Source: the human T2T-CHM13v2.0 reference genome, Homo sapiens
DNA: 64,000 bases
Assembly: GCF_009914755.1 (NCBI RefSeq)
Contig: NC_060944.1
Direction: 5' to 3' (one strand)
Translations under genes and position numbers: made by a program
In this document: one piece after another, positions 41,511 through 54,900 of the stretch
Position numbering within the stretch: the stretch's first letter is position 1
Layout of the letters: each line of letters begins with the position of its first letter
Notes under the pieces: generated by a model
What the model was told of the DNA's origin: nothing
Seen by the model: the letters and a program-made list of their open reading frames with translations, nothing else
The model's database searches: none

Positions 41511-44500
41511 CCTAGACTGAATCCCTCACTGAACTGATGAGGAAATTGAGTCACAGAGGGGCTCGATGACTTCCCCAGGGACACATCATTAGTAAGCAGT
41601 AGGGAAAGATTCAAACTCAGGTCTGCCTAGCCAGCATGCTGCCCTCCTGGACTCATTGAGCCTGTTCTGAGACTGACACCTGAAGGAAGCAGGTAGGATA
41701 ATGTTGCCACCAAGTCATTAGAGCTCTTCCCAGCTGAAGTCAGCATGAGAAGTCGGACACTCTTCAGAGGAGATGCCCTCGCATCTCCATGGAGACTGGG
41801 TGGGCTTTGGCATCACAGAGTCCTGTGGTTTCAGGTCCTACCACTTCCTCACTCTGCAACCTCAGTCAGATCTTTTACCCTTTCTGATCCATTTCCTCAC
41901 CTGTAACATTAAGGGGTGCCCATTCTGAGCCTCTGAGCTGCTATGAGGATTAGAAATGATGGATTTAAGGACCCAGTGTGTCGTGGGTGCCTAACAGAAG
42001 CTCATTCCTTTCCCTTCTCTCCGTATCATCAGGAGGCACCTGGGGCTGTGCCTCCCTGAGTAGAAGACCCCTGGACACCAGCATCAGGAGGGAGGGGGCT
42101 TGCCTACTCCTCATCTCTGTGTTGTTCTGACTTGGTTTGTTGTGGAACAAGAATTGGAATATGTGTCCTGGATCCCAGGCCAGAATTCTTTTTTTTTCTT
42201 ATCCCTTAATCCTTGCTATCTGTGAAGTGCAGTTGAGTCTCCAGACTCAAGTTCCAGACCCCCCAGGAGGAGCCCCCCAGCTGGCTCTGGGAGTGGGTGG
42301 TGCTGCATGGAGTGGAGCTCAGGGATTACAGACATACATTCTCATTCCAGCCCTGTCCTTGGCTTTGTGTGGCTGTGGAAAAACTTCCCAATCTGATTGG
42401 GCCTCAGTTCCCCTTCTGTAAAATGGAGATAACACTTTATCATTCCTGTCTCCCTGGGTGTGGGAGACCCCTTAATGAGAGAAAGAGATGAAGCACTTTG
42501 GAAAAGAACAGAGTTCTCAGCCGAGGTGACCACATGTCATTATTATGAAGACGTTTGTAATTATTATCATCCTGCCTCTTCCCTACCTCCTTTTGCCACC
42601 CCACTGGGTCTGGGGAAACCCTAGGCTCACATTTAGCTTCTCAAACATTTATAAAAAATGAGTCCCACCCCTGCTGCTGCCAGCACTGTGCAGAATGCTT
42701 TCTATTAAAAATTAAAAACCACTTGTCGAGTCTCTGGGAACGCTCAGATTACACAGGAAACAAGCCCCCTCTCAACATCCACCCCTGCTGCCCTCCTCCC
42801 AACTCCCTCTTCGATCATCACTTAGAATGCCAGCTGGCTGGGCTGGCCTCGACCCTGCTTCTAGCCTCCCAGCCAGGGCAGCCTAATGCAGATGAATGGC
42901 ACACAGGAGATGCAGGAAAGTGGCTGCATGGGAGGAGGCAGGTCCAGAGACAAGTGACAGAGAAGGCAGCACAGAGAGAGGGGTCAAGAAAGCGGGTAAG
43001 AGACAGAGAAAGAAGGGTCAGAGGGACAGAAGTTCGTGGGGCAGAGACAGACAGAAAGCAGTAGAAACACAGAGGTTAAGTAGGAAACCAGAGGAATCTA
43101 GAAACAGAGACAGAGCAAATAGAACAGAGACAGAGGTACATATGGAGCAGGAAGAGGGGGCAGAGCAGGAGGAGGAACTAGGAGAGGAAGGTGAAGTTTG
43201 GCCTGGTGGGGTGAGGGGCCTGCTGCATTGCACCTTCCTCCAGAGTCTCCAGGGAACGTGAAACACCCTCCCCTCCTCACCTTTTCTTTCCTTATGGATC
43301 CCGGCCATGGACTTGCCCATCCAGGCGACCCCTGACTGTGTGTGTGTGGATCTGCTATGTCCTCCTGAGAGAGAGCACTCTCTTATATCCCAAATAGACC
43401 CACAAGCGCTTCTGTCCTCTCAACATTTACCAGGCCCTCTGTTATGCAATCTAGTGACTTTGTTTGTTTCGGACTGCAACATTTGAAGTATCTGTGATAG
43501 CATCCTTCTACTCATGGCAGAAAGCAAACATTTTTGCTTATGATTCAATTCCATTCATTCTCTCAACATCTACAGAGCACCTACTATGTGCTAGACCCTC
43601 GAGGGCAGGATGGTAGCTTTATCATCTTTGCACCCTAATGCCATGTGGCCACAGGGCCTGGCATACAGAGAGTGCTCATATTTGTTGGATGATTTGTTGA
43701 TGGAAAAGACAAAAAGAGACAGGGATATATTCCTCCCTGTCCAGATTACCCGGGCCATGGGGCCAACTCCTGAGGACCAGGGCCTCGGCTCCTGTCTGCT
43801 GCTTCTCCCCACCAGAAGCCTCCTGTCCCGTTCCCCCCAGCACGGGTGGTGAGAGCCAGTGCCGTTGCTAGGCAAGGAGATATTGCACATATAGATCTTC
43901 CTGGACTTTAATTAAAAACATCTTTAGAAGTTGTCTCTGCAGAGACCAGCGATTGATTCCTGGCTTGGGCCTGCGGGCTGCTGAGCTACACTCTCTCCAG
44001 CTACAGACGGGACAATTGGAGGCTCCCAGCCTGCTGCTGCCCTCTCCAAATGATATCCTTGGGGAACACACTCCTTCCTGCCTTCCTCCTTTCCTCTCTG
44101 TTCCCCCAAGCACCGAATTTAAGAATCAGATAGTGTGCTCTCCCAGTTTTACTTTCCTTCCCCTCTTGAGCCTCAGTTTCCATAGCTGTAAAATGGGGAT
44201 GTCAGTACTTAACCCAAGAGAGTCCCCAGGAGGCTGAAATGATATTAGGGATGTGAAAGTGATTTTCAAGCTGTGAAGTTTTGTGCAAGAAATGATTGTG
44301 ACTCTTTCCTCAAAGAAAGCTATGGATGCCGAGCCAAGGAACTCAGGTTCTGGTTTCCGCTTCTGGGTCTAGTTCTGGCTTCAGCTCTTACTGTGGAAGC
44401 TCAGAAAAATCACTTTGCATTTATTTTTTCATTAGTAACATGAAGACACTAATACTGATCCTGCTTATTCCTCAGGATTGTGAGAATAAAGGGAAATAGC

Positions 44501-46155
44501 TCTGTGAAAGCAGTGCTTGCTGATAGCTCTTATTTAGTGAATATCCCAAGAAGTGCAGGCTGTACTACCAAGACAGTCTTTTCCCATCTATTAAATATGC
44601 TGCTCACAGAGGAATTGAAACACATGGAAAAGTGCCCGTTTCCACATTCTGTTGAGCCCCAATCCCATGGTCTGGCAATGTCAATTCTATGGCATGTGCG
44701 CTATGACATTCTCCTTCCTTTGCCCATGGCAGACATTACTAATCCATCATGGCATTTTTTCTACCAAGGCTGAATGAGATCTTAGACTCCTTCTCAATAC
44801 AGCCCAACAGTCACTACCAATTGATCTGAGTTAGCACAAGAGACGAAACTGATCTGCTACCACTTTGAGGTCAGGGGTGGTGTCTTGCTCATCTGTGATC
44901 TCTACATACCTAGCAAAGTGCTATGCACATAGTAGGCCTAATATGTGTTTATTGAATTAAAAGCAACTACTTCTCTGTCCTCTGTGGGGCTATATATAAA
45001 GTAGGTGCTAATAAATGTTTGCTAAGTTGGGTGACTCATCTTTGCAAGCCCTACAGAGCCAAGTACATTGGAGGCCTTGTGTATAATGGGTGCTAATAAA
45101 CATTTGTGGATTTAATTCAATTACTTATCTTTGCATCCTCTGCAGTGCCCAGAATAAAGTAGTGGTTAATAAATGCACATTGAATTGAATTTCTCATTTC
45201 TGTCTTCAGTAACTTCAATAGTGCCAGGCATAGTGTCTTGCACAAGATTGGCATGAATAAGTAGGAGGAGTTGAGCTGGGTGTGGGAGACCTGTGAAATC
45301 CTCTTGCCATCCCATTCAGGTTGTGACAGCCTAGGGAAGGGGTGTGGCTCCCTGACATTGAAAGAATGTCTAGTCCAATTCTTCTCTATCAAAACTTACT
45401 CCCTGTTGATGTATGCAGCATCAAGCTGTAAATTCCCTCTCTCTGCTGCTGACTTCCAAAGTTGTATCTTTAGCCTCATCTCTCTTCTGACATCTAGACT
45501 CATAGATCCAACTGTCCCCTTGACATATGAACTTGGATGTTCAGTAGACACCTCAATCTTAACTTGCCCAAGAATTAATTCTTAATTTGTTCTGCAAACT
45601 TGCTCTTCCTGGAGCAGTCCCCATCTCAGCCGCAGTAGCTCCATCCATTCAGTTGCTCAGGCCCAAAACTTCAGCATCGTCCTTGTCTCCTCTGCCTCTT
45701 ACTCCCCACAACCAATCCCTCACAAACCCTGTTGGCTCTACCTTCAATGCACATCCAGAATTCCATCTTGTCTCACCATCCACACTGGTCCAAGTCACCA
45801 TCACCTCTTGCTGCACTATTGCAATTGCTTCCTCATTGGCCTCCCTACTCCCAACCTTGCCTCCTACAGTCTATTTTCAACATGGTGGACAACAAGTCGT
45901 TCTTTTAAAATATAAGCTGGATTAGATTAAACCTCTGCTCTCCATCTCACTCAGAGTACAACCAAAAACCTTTCAATGGCTACCAAGTCCTGTGTGATCC
46001 ATTGTCTGAGGTAATCAGACTCCAGATATTCTCCCACTCACTCACTTCTCTTCAGCCACAGACCTCCGTGCTATTCCTCAAACACGACAAACATGCTATG
46101 CCTCAGGACCCTTGCATTTGCTGTTCTCTCTGCCTGGAACATTCTTCTTGTAGCT

Positions 46156-46336
46156 TAGTGGTTGTCCAAGTATGGTCTCCATGCCAGCAGCATTAGGGAG
46201 TTTGTTAGAAATGCAGACATTTCTAACAGCCCAGACCTCGTGAGCCAGAAACGCTGGGGGGGACAAGGGCAGCAATTTGTGTTTTAACAAGCCCTCCAGG
46301 TAATGTGGATGCACCAAAGAGTTTGAAAACCACTGT
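46156..46336. mobile_element. MER5A
   Basis: tgttagaaatgcag...ttttaacaagccctccaggt...tttgaaaaccactg. Confidence 0.75.
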
Positions 46337-46504
46337 TTCACAGAGCTCCTTGGTTCCCTTCCTTCAGATCTTTATTCAGATGTCCTCCTCCAGAAAGACA
46401 GGACTTCCCTGACCCCTCTATCTAAAATAACACTCCCCGCAAATTGCTCCTAATTCCTTTATTCTGCATAGCACTCACACCATCAGGCATATTAATATTC
46501 ATTT

Positions 46505-47023
<519 letters not shown>

Positions 47024-48469
47024 TATTTTATATTTTTAATTATTTATTTGGATATTATACATTTGCTTGTCTCTGTCCTGACTCTCCCTGCTATAGTATG
47101 TAGGTTTCCTAAGAATCCCCAATGCCTGAAACAGTGCCTGGCACATAGCAGGCACTCAATAAACATCTGATGCTTGAATGAACCCTCTCAATGCTCAGAA
47201 GGGAACTTGGGGTCCAGAGGGGGCAGGAAGTCGACCAAGGTCCTGCAGGGAACCAGGCGTCCTGACTATCAACTCAGGGCCCACTTGGCTGCATCAGGCT
47301 TAACATGACTGGTGTGCCCCTGCTCAGAAGCGTGGCTCATCGGAGGCCCCCCGGCACACTTCCCTTCCCTTTTAAGCTGTGAGTGGTTTAATTTGCAAGC
47401 GCTGCTGCCTTTCATGTCCCAAGCTGCGTCCCTGCTCCCTCTGATCTCCGAAGCTGCCCAGACCCTGGTGCTGCTTGTCGGCCCCGCCCTCCACAGCCGG
47501 ATCAGGAGGCTCAGTAATTGTGACTGATTTTCAAAGCTGCCTGGAGTCTCTGCAAGCACCATGGTGTCAGATTTGCTTCCCCTTCAAATAGTTGCTCAAA
47601 TGAAATAAACTAATTTAATTTCTGCTTCTCCCTTCCCCCTCCTTGGTTCCCAGCTGGTTCAAATTGAGTCCCCCCCACTCCCGACATTTTTCCTGAGTGG
47701 ACTGTGAGAGTCAGTGGGCTGGGAGAGGGAGTCAAGACAGAGCTGGGTCTCCATAGGCCAGTGGTCATAAACTGGGGGCTGCCTCTGCCTCCTACTCTCT
47801 GCATGACCTTGGATGAGTCCTTGCCCTTCTCTTGGTCTCAGTTTCCCCACCTGTGAAACAAGGACCCTTGCCATTCCAACAACCTGGGAGCCACGCCCAG
47901 CAACTTGCTCTGTCACTGACTTGCTATGTAGGTACTTTCTTCTCTCTGAGCCTCAGTGTTCCCATCTGCTCAATGGGGATGCTACCATTAGTCCTGCCAC
48001 CTCTCAGAGTCACAGTGAGAGTGAAGTGGTCATGGAGGAGCCACCATGGTGGAGATGAGGCTGCTCTTCCCCTGGCACCTCCCCATCCTCAGCCCTTCTC
48101 CACAGTGCAGCAGAGGGAATTTTCCAAAATGCAAGTCTTCCCATGTCACTCCCTCAGTTAGGCCTTTCCCAGGCTACCTGCTTTCCTCTAGTCCTTCAGA
48201 TGGGGCTCCTGCTTCCTTCTCTAGCATCAGCTCTCCCCACCTTTCTGGACTTTTTAATGCAGAAATGTGCAGGTCAGTTTTAAGTGAAGGGAGACAGGGC
48301 TGTGAGTTTAAGTCAGTAGGTAGGGGCTGCCGGACCTAGAAAGTCAGGGACTTGCTGTGTGACCTTGGACATGTCACTGTCTCTCTGAGCCCCAGTTTAC
48401 CCATTAGCAAAATTGTATGCTAAGTTCTTGCCAGGCTCTGAAATTCCATATGTCTTTGCCATTGATAAT

Positions 48470-49282
48470 ATCCAAATTTATCTCTCCAGCCCAGACCTCC
48501 TCTGAACCTGGATATTCAACTCTCTTGTTCAAGATCTCCACTCAGCAGCATAATACGTTTTTCTAACTTAACAAACTTCACGCCAAACTCCTAATTTCCT
48601 CTCATCCCCCAAATCTGTTCCTTCAATCTCAGTAAATGGAAATCCATCTATTTAATTGCTCAGGTTACAATCCTAACAGTCATCCTTGAGTTTTCTTTCT
48701 TTCACACTCCATATCCAATCCATTAGCAAATGCTTTCAGCTCTACTTCTAGGATATATCCAAAAGGCAACCTCTTTTCAACACCTCCACTGGTACCATCT
48801 TGTTCCAAGCCACCATCACTTCCTGTTCACAGGCCACCTGCTTCTGCTCTTGCCCTCTTTTCTGCCCATCTATTCTTCATGAAAGAGCCATGGGGTCCTG
48901 ATCATGTCATTTTTCTGAGCAAGACCTTCCATTGACTTCTCAGCTTGTTCAGCATAAAAGGCAACGCCCTGGCTATGGTCTACATGGCTGCATGATCTGG
49001 TCACCTTGTTTCTTCTCAGCAGAATTCAACTGCAGGGCCTTTGCATGTGCCATTCCCTCCGCCTGGAATGCTCTTCCCCCCAGGGCCCATGCTCTCACTT
49101 CCTCCAGGTCTTCAGAGAAGCCTTACTGGACCAATGATCTAGTTGTTCACTTGCTTATTGTCTGTCTTCCTTAGGAAGAATGGGCCCTCCATGAGAGGAG
49201 GGAATCTTCTGCCTTTTCACTGCTGTGTTCCCAGGGCCTAGCATGTAGTATGCACTCAATAAATATTTGTTGAATGAATGAA
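48470..49282 (+). mobile_element. L2 fragment
   Basis: Ends cactcaataaatatttgttgaatgaatgaat. Confidence 0.7.
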
Positions 49283-49929
49283 TATACTCATATAGACACA
49301 GCATGTCACATGCACACACAGGCCTTAAAGTGCTTCTTGGTTAGGTGTTTGTGTGTGCACATCTGCATATATATGTGGAACACACATGTACATCAGGCAT
49401 GCATGCATGCATTCCTGTGTGTGTACACCAGTCTGCACTCACATCCACAGCCCCACTGTTCCCTATTTCCCCCTCATCCCTTGCCCACCATTCTCTCTGG
49501 TTCACCTCCTCCCCTTCCCCTACTGGCTACTTGCTCATTATCCCAGCAAGCTGCCAGATTTGGCCCAATTTGGGGAAGCTGGGCTGACAGCACCCTCTCC
49601 CAGGAGCTCAAGCACTCCTGGCCTCTGACACGCAGCCATAGAGCTGGAAGGTCCAGAGAGGTACAGCATCCAACTTTTGGCCACAGTGAGTCAGCAATGG
49701 AGCGTGGCTTAGGACCTAGGGCAGCTGCTTCTTGTCTAGCCTGGCTTGCAGATTACTTGGAGTAACGTGGTAGGAAGGAGATGGCAGCTATTGGCTTGTG
49801 CCCCTCACCCCATGACTCCCGTTTCTACCAGAGCCCCAGGAGCCCTGAGCTAAGTGGGGCCTTGATGGTCAGAAACGGTCTGGGGGTTTCCTGGTGGGAG
49901 AAGGCAGAGTCATGCAGCTTTAGCCTCAG

Positions 49930-50820
49930 TGTCCTGCTGCTGTGTGCATGGCCCTTTCTGAGTATGGTTGTGTCTGATGTCTACACAGAGATGTATATTT
50001 CTGTGTGTGTGCACTTCACTTTCTATGGGCATAATCATGTGTGCAGTGCTCCTGGGTGTGTGCAGTCATACCCAGGTAAGTGCAACTGAATCTGTGTCTG
50101 GGGGCTTAGCCATCTCTGTGTGAGGCTCTGTCCCTAGCTGGCTGGATCTCGGTGAGCTGTGGCTTCCTCTGGGCTGTAGACAGAGCTGCCTGTCTCATTC
50201 ATCTGCCTGTGCCCATGCCTGTCTGCGGCTGCACACCAGGGGAGCTGGACCCCAGGATGCTCATGTCTGCTTGTGGCTTTTGCCTCTGTCTCTGTACATG
50301 GCTGAGTCTGTGCAGAAGCACTATCTGCGTAAGGGCCTGTTTCCTGCCTGGGGTTGTGTGTGGCTAGGTCAGGGTGTGAGGTCGTGGGTCTGAGTGTGTG
50401 GTTGGGCCCTGTTTCAGCTGTGTCCCAATCTAGCTGTTCCTAGTGGTGGGTGTGCCTGAAGATGGGACTATGTCTGTGTGGAGGTTGTTGCCAAGGGCTG
50501 CGCTGTGTCTATGTGCAGTTGAACTTTTGTGAAGGGCTCTGTCAAGGCGTCCAGCTGTGCTGTGTGTGTGACTCTGTCCAGCTGTGCCTGTGTAGGGGAC
50601 TGGATCTATGAATGAGGTTGTGTACCAGTGTAGTGGTGAGTTGTATGCGGGGCTGGGCTTGTGCATGTGGCATGTCCAGATCTGCAGCTGTGTCTCCATA
50701 CGTGACTGGGTGTGGCTGTATGAGCATGTCCGAGGGCATCACTGTGTCCACATGCGGGTCCACGTTCATGGGGGGCTGTGTCCATGGATGTGGCTGAAGT
50801 CATGTGTGTGGTTTTGTCCA
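49930..50820 (+). repeat. Degenerate GT-rich low-complexity tract
   Basis: Recurrent tgtgtg/ctgtg/ggctg units. Confidence 0.6.
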
Positions 50821-50993
50821 GGACTATGCTTGACCCCAGGGGGCACCTGAGCTCACATCTGTACCCTGTACCCTAGGTCAGCAGGCTCTGTCTTTTCTGT
50901 CCCTCCCCAGAGGATCAGCTACTCCCCTTCCCAGCAGGCTCCACTTGGGGATCACCTTGATCCCATCCCCCACCCCCAGGGCCCACAGCCCAC

Positions 50994-51288
50994 CTGTAGG
51001 TGAGAGCTCGGCCACGCTGCCAATATAGGGGCCGTGCAGGAAGCGGGGCTCACTGTCATTGATGTCCTGCACCTTGATGATGAACTCCGACTCGGGCTCC
51101 AGTAGGCGGTTGGTGGCGCGATCCCGAGCCTGGGCCCGCAGCGTGTAGAAGGTTTTCTGCTCGCGGTCCAGGCGCTCCATGGCATGAATGTCGCCTGTCA
51201 GCTCGTCGATCAGGAAGATGGTCCCAGCACCCTCGCCTGAGATGGTGTACTTGATGGCCCCGTCACCCTCGTCTGAGTCGGAGTGGAT
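50994..51288 (-). CDS. CDH22: CDH22 exon 3 (EC1 and EC1-EC2 linker)
   Basis: acceptor cctacccag|ATC; 295 nt; [10 protein letters not shown]...LDRE...DINDSEPRF...ELSPT; donor ACAG|gtgggc. Confidence 0.96.
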
Positions 51289-51841
51289 CTGGGTAGGCAG
51301 AGAAGAAGGCAAGGTGGAGGCTGAGAAGGAAGCTCCTCTTGGCCTCACTGTCTCATGCCATTGGCTGCCTATTCCTAAGCCCATCTCTTCTCCAGCACAT
51401 ACACATCTTTAGTGAGGACACTGAGGCCCAGCAGCCACGCTCACTTCCATCCCTGGCCTGGAGTCTTTCCTCAGCCCGCTGGGGCCCTCCCTGCCCCTGG
51501 ACTCTGCTTTCCCCTCTGCATTCAGAGCTATCAGCCTTGGAGGCAGATCTGAACATGGCCTCCCTGCTTACAACCCTCCAGTGGCTTCCCATTGCCTTCA
51601 CAAAGAAGTCCAGCACCACCTCCACACCTCTCTCCCCTTTAGCACGCACAGCTCTGAGGCTTCTGCCTTGAGCCCTGTCCTTGTTTCTCTGCCCATGGAA
51701 AGTCTCTCATCCTGCAAAGTGCAACAAAAATGCCACCTCTTTCAGAAAGCTTTTCTGGATCCTCAGTCTCCCCCTGCCCCCAGGATCTCTCGGTACATCA
51801 AGCCATCATGATCATGTTCAGCCTTGTAGGATGGCTGTAGC

Positions 51842-51990
51842 CAGCACTTCTCAAACTCTAGTATGCATGCAGTTCACCTGGGGATCTTGTTAAAATGCAG
51901 ATTCTGACTCAGTAGGTCTGGGGCCAGGCCTCAGACTTTGCATTTCTAACAAACTTCCAGGCTGCTGGTCCATGACCTCACTGTGAATTA
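51842..51990. mobile_element. MER5A
   Basis: ttctcaaact...tgttaaaatgcagattctgactcagtaggtctgggg...gcatttctaacaa. Confidence 0.75.
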
Positions 51991-54900
51991 CAGGTCCACT
52001 GCTCCCTAGACTCTGCACCCCAGGAGATTGGGGTGGCATCTTCCTCATTTTGGTATATGGAGAACCAGGCTCAAGACATAGCACATGACAGGGAGTGAAG
52101 GGAGAGAGGAGGAAGGGATGTTAACTGAAAGAGCACCTTCCATGTGCCAGGCACTGGCTAAGCAATTTATGTACTTTTCTAGTTAAAGATGCTTTTTTTA
52201 AAAACCTGCTAGAGTAGGTTTTTCTATCTTTATTTTACAGATTTTTTTCCCACTTCCTAATGAAGATTGGAGAAGTGGGATGGGTTCTTCAAGGTCAGGC
52301 CACTGGAAGAGCTGGTCTGACTCCACACTGGGCTTTCCCATTCCATCTAAAGCCTCCGGAGAGGAGCCCAGGGGAAGGGAGAGACAGTGCAGCCTGGCCC
52401 AGCCTTGGCTCTGACATCGCCTCCCTGTGCATCCTCACCCATCACTTTGCCTCTCTGGCCCTCAGTTGCTTCATCTGTAACATGGGAATCATATTAGCAT
52501 TTTCCTCCCAGAGGTACTGAGGGGTTTGCTGAGTTGAGAATCCATACAAGGCCCTTAGCAGGTGCCACCAAGTGACATTTACAATATTTAGCAGCCAGCA
52601 CGGTGGGGGCACTGCCCAGGCAGTGGTACTGCAGCAGGATCCCTGCTGGGCCAGGCAGGAACCCTTCAGTTGCTGGATCACAGAGAGGCCCAGGGGGCTG
52701 AGAGAGTTGGGGCGAGGGAGAGGAGAGGGACTATTTACTGCAGGTATGGAGGTTTTTCATGATTTTAACAACAAGTACAACTGTACCAGTTTGTACTACC
52801 TGGAAATAAGCCCTGTCTGAGACATAATAAGTGCCCAACAAATGGTAGCTATCGTTATTATTATATTATTACTGCATGTTAGCTATATATAACCAGGATT
52901 TAATCTAGGCACTATTAGGCTCCAGATTCCAGGCTGTTTTCACTGCCCTGAGATCTCTTGGGTGAGGAACCAGCAAGACGTCTGTTTTCTTGCAATCAGA
53001 AACACCTAAGTCCTTATCTTCCAATGCCCAAATCTCCCAGGCAGCTTCAAGCAGAGGAAAATCCATTCCGATGAGGCTTTGGGCAGGTCCCTGCTCCTCT
53101 CTAAGCTTCCATGGAGATGGAGTGTGGACAAGAGAATCCCTAAAGTTCCTTTCAGGCTGGGGTGCTGGGGACCCCAGCCCACTAGGCAGGAGAACAGGTG
53201 CCCATGAAGTCATCACGAAGAGGGACGAAAGCCCATCCCCTGCCACGCAGGAGGAGCCGGGGTATAAATTCTGCTGGTAGAACTTTGTGTCTGAAAGGTG
53301 GATTATAGAAGTGCCATTTGGAAGATTGAATGGCCCATAAACATTTTCATATTTCATTAGCCGATTAATGGGCATCTCTCTCTTTTTGGCGAGTCTGCTG
53401 ATTCTCAGCAGAAATTGCGGGGACTAAATGGAGGCGTCTGGTGGAAACTTTCCGGGTCCCCGTCCTGTTATAGATTGCCCCAATTAATGCCCGTCCTGGG
53501 CTCCACTGAGAAGCCTTCTTCCTGTCCAGTTACTGTTAATAGATTTCTCATAAGTGGCTGGATTGTAAAAACCTCATAACTCAGTTTAATGCCCCCAATA
53601 AAATTATTTCAGGACATCGGCCCTGAATCATTGGCAGTGCTGAGGATGAGGAGACCTGTCTCTCCTGTTTGCTGTTTATACGTTTTTTCCACCATTGCCC
53701 CAGGGGAGATGGGATGAGAGGGGGTGATTCTGTTCCCTTTTGGGGTGCCTCTACCTGCTTCCCAGCCTGATCTGTTGTCTGCTTATTTCATCAGCAAACA
53801 CTTCTGAGCAGTGTGGTAGAATAGATGCCATTTGAAGAGATGCTTAACAGCTATAATCTTACTAGTCTTCATCATTGCCCTGTGAAACATTATCATTCCC
53901 ATTTCTCAGGTTAGAAAACTGAGGCACAGAGAGGGGAAGTCATGTGCTGTGTCACATGGCTAAGTGTGGAAAGCACGCTTCTGACTCTACCACTCACTAA
54001 TGTTGGGACCATGGATTTGTGAATTTTACCTCTCTGAGCCCCTGTGTTTCCACCTGAGAAATCACACCAAGCCCTACTTGGCACAGGTGTGGGGAGGATT
54101 AGATGAGAGCATGTTTACATTGACCTAAGCACTCTGTTAATGGTTGTTTCCTTCCCTTTCCATCTCCTGGGTCTCCATCATGTCCCTGCAGGCCTTGATG
54201 TTTTGACTCAGACCCCAGGCAGGGCTCACTTACGAGTGAGGAATGGAGAGGAGCGAGTAGAACCTAGTGGTGATGTCATCTTCTGTGGAATATGACACAG
54301 AGCTCACGCTGGGGCCTACTGGCTGCTCTCTGGGGACTGCAGAGTCAGACAGGGGCAATCTGCCTGGGCGGGAGCTAAGATCTGGGAGTTACGAATTCAG
54401 GCCCAGCTGGGGTTGCCTGCCCTGCCTGCCTGGGTCCCGGCTCCAGAGTGAAGAGGGAGTGCCTCTGGCTCTGCCCTAGGAAGATATTTCTCAGGACTCT
54501 CAGCTGCGAGTGGAGGCTGGAAGATGGTGCTCTCATTTATTGAGAACCTACTATGTGTCAGACATGTGTTGCAGGCCATCTGCAGAAATCCAACTTGACT
54601 TTGTGGGGTTTGTAAATGTATCCCTATTTTCCAGGTGAAGAGACTGAGATGGCCCCCGGTCTGTTTGACTCCAAAGCCCAGTTTGGTTTCTCTGCAGTCT
54701 CTGGGAATCTGGCTAGTCTGCTTACAATGCCTATAGCAGAGGGTGAGGGAGAAAAGGGGAAGGGGGGAAGGAGTGGGTTACTGGGTGGCCACTGGGCTGC
54801 ACAGCTTGGGTGGTGGCCTTGACACCAGTCTTTTGCCCTGTGCCGTGCAGGCCACAGTCATCGGTGGCCTCTTCTCTCTAAGCCTCCATTTTACCACTTG

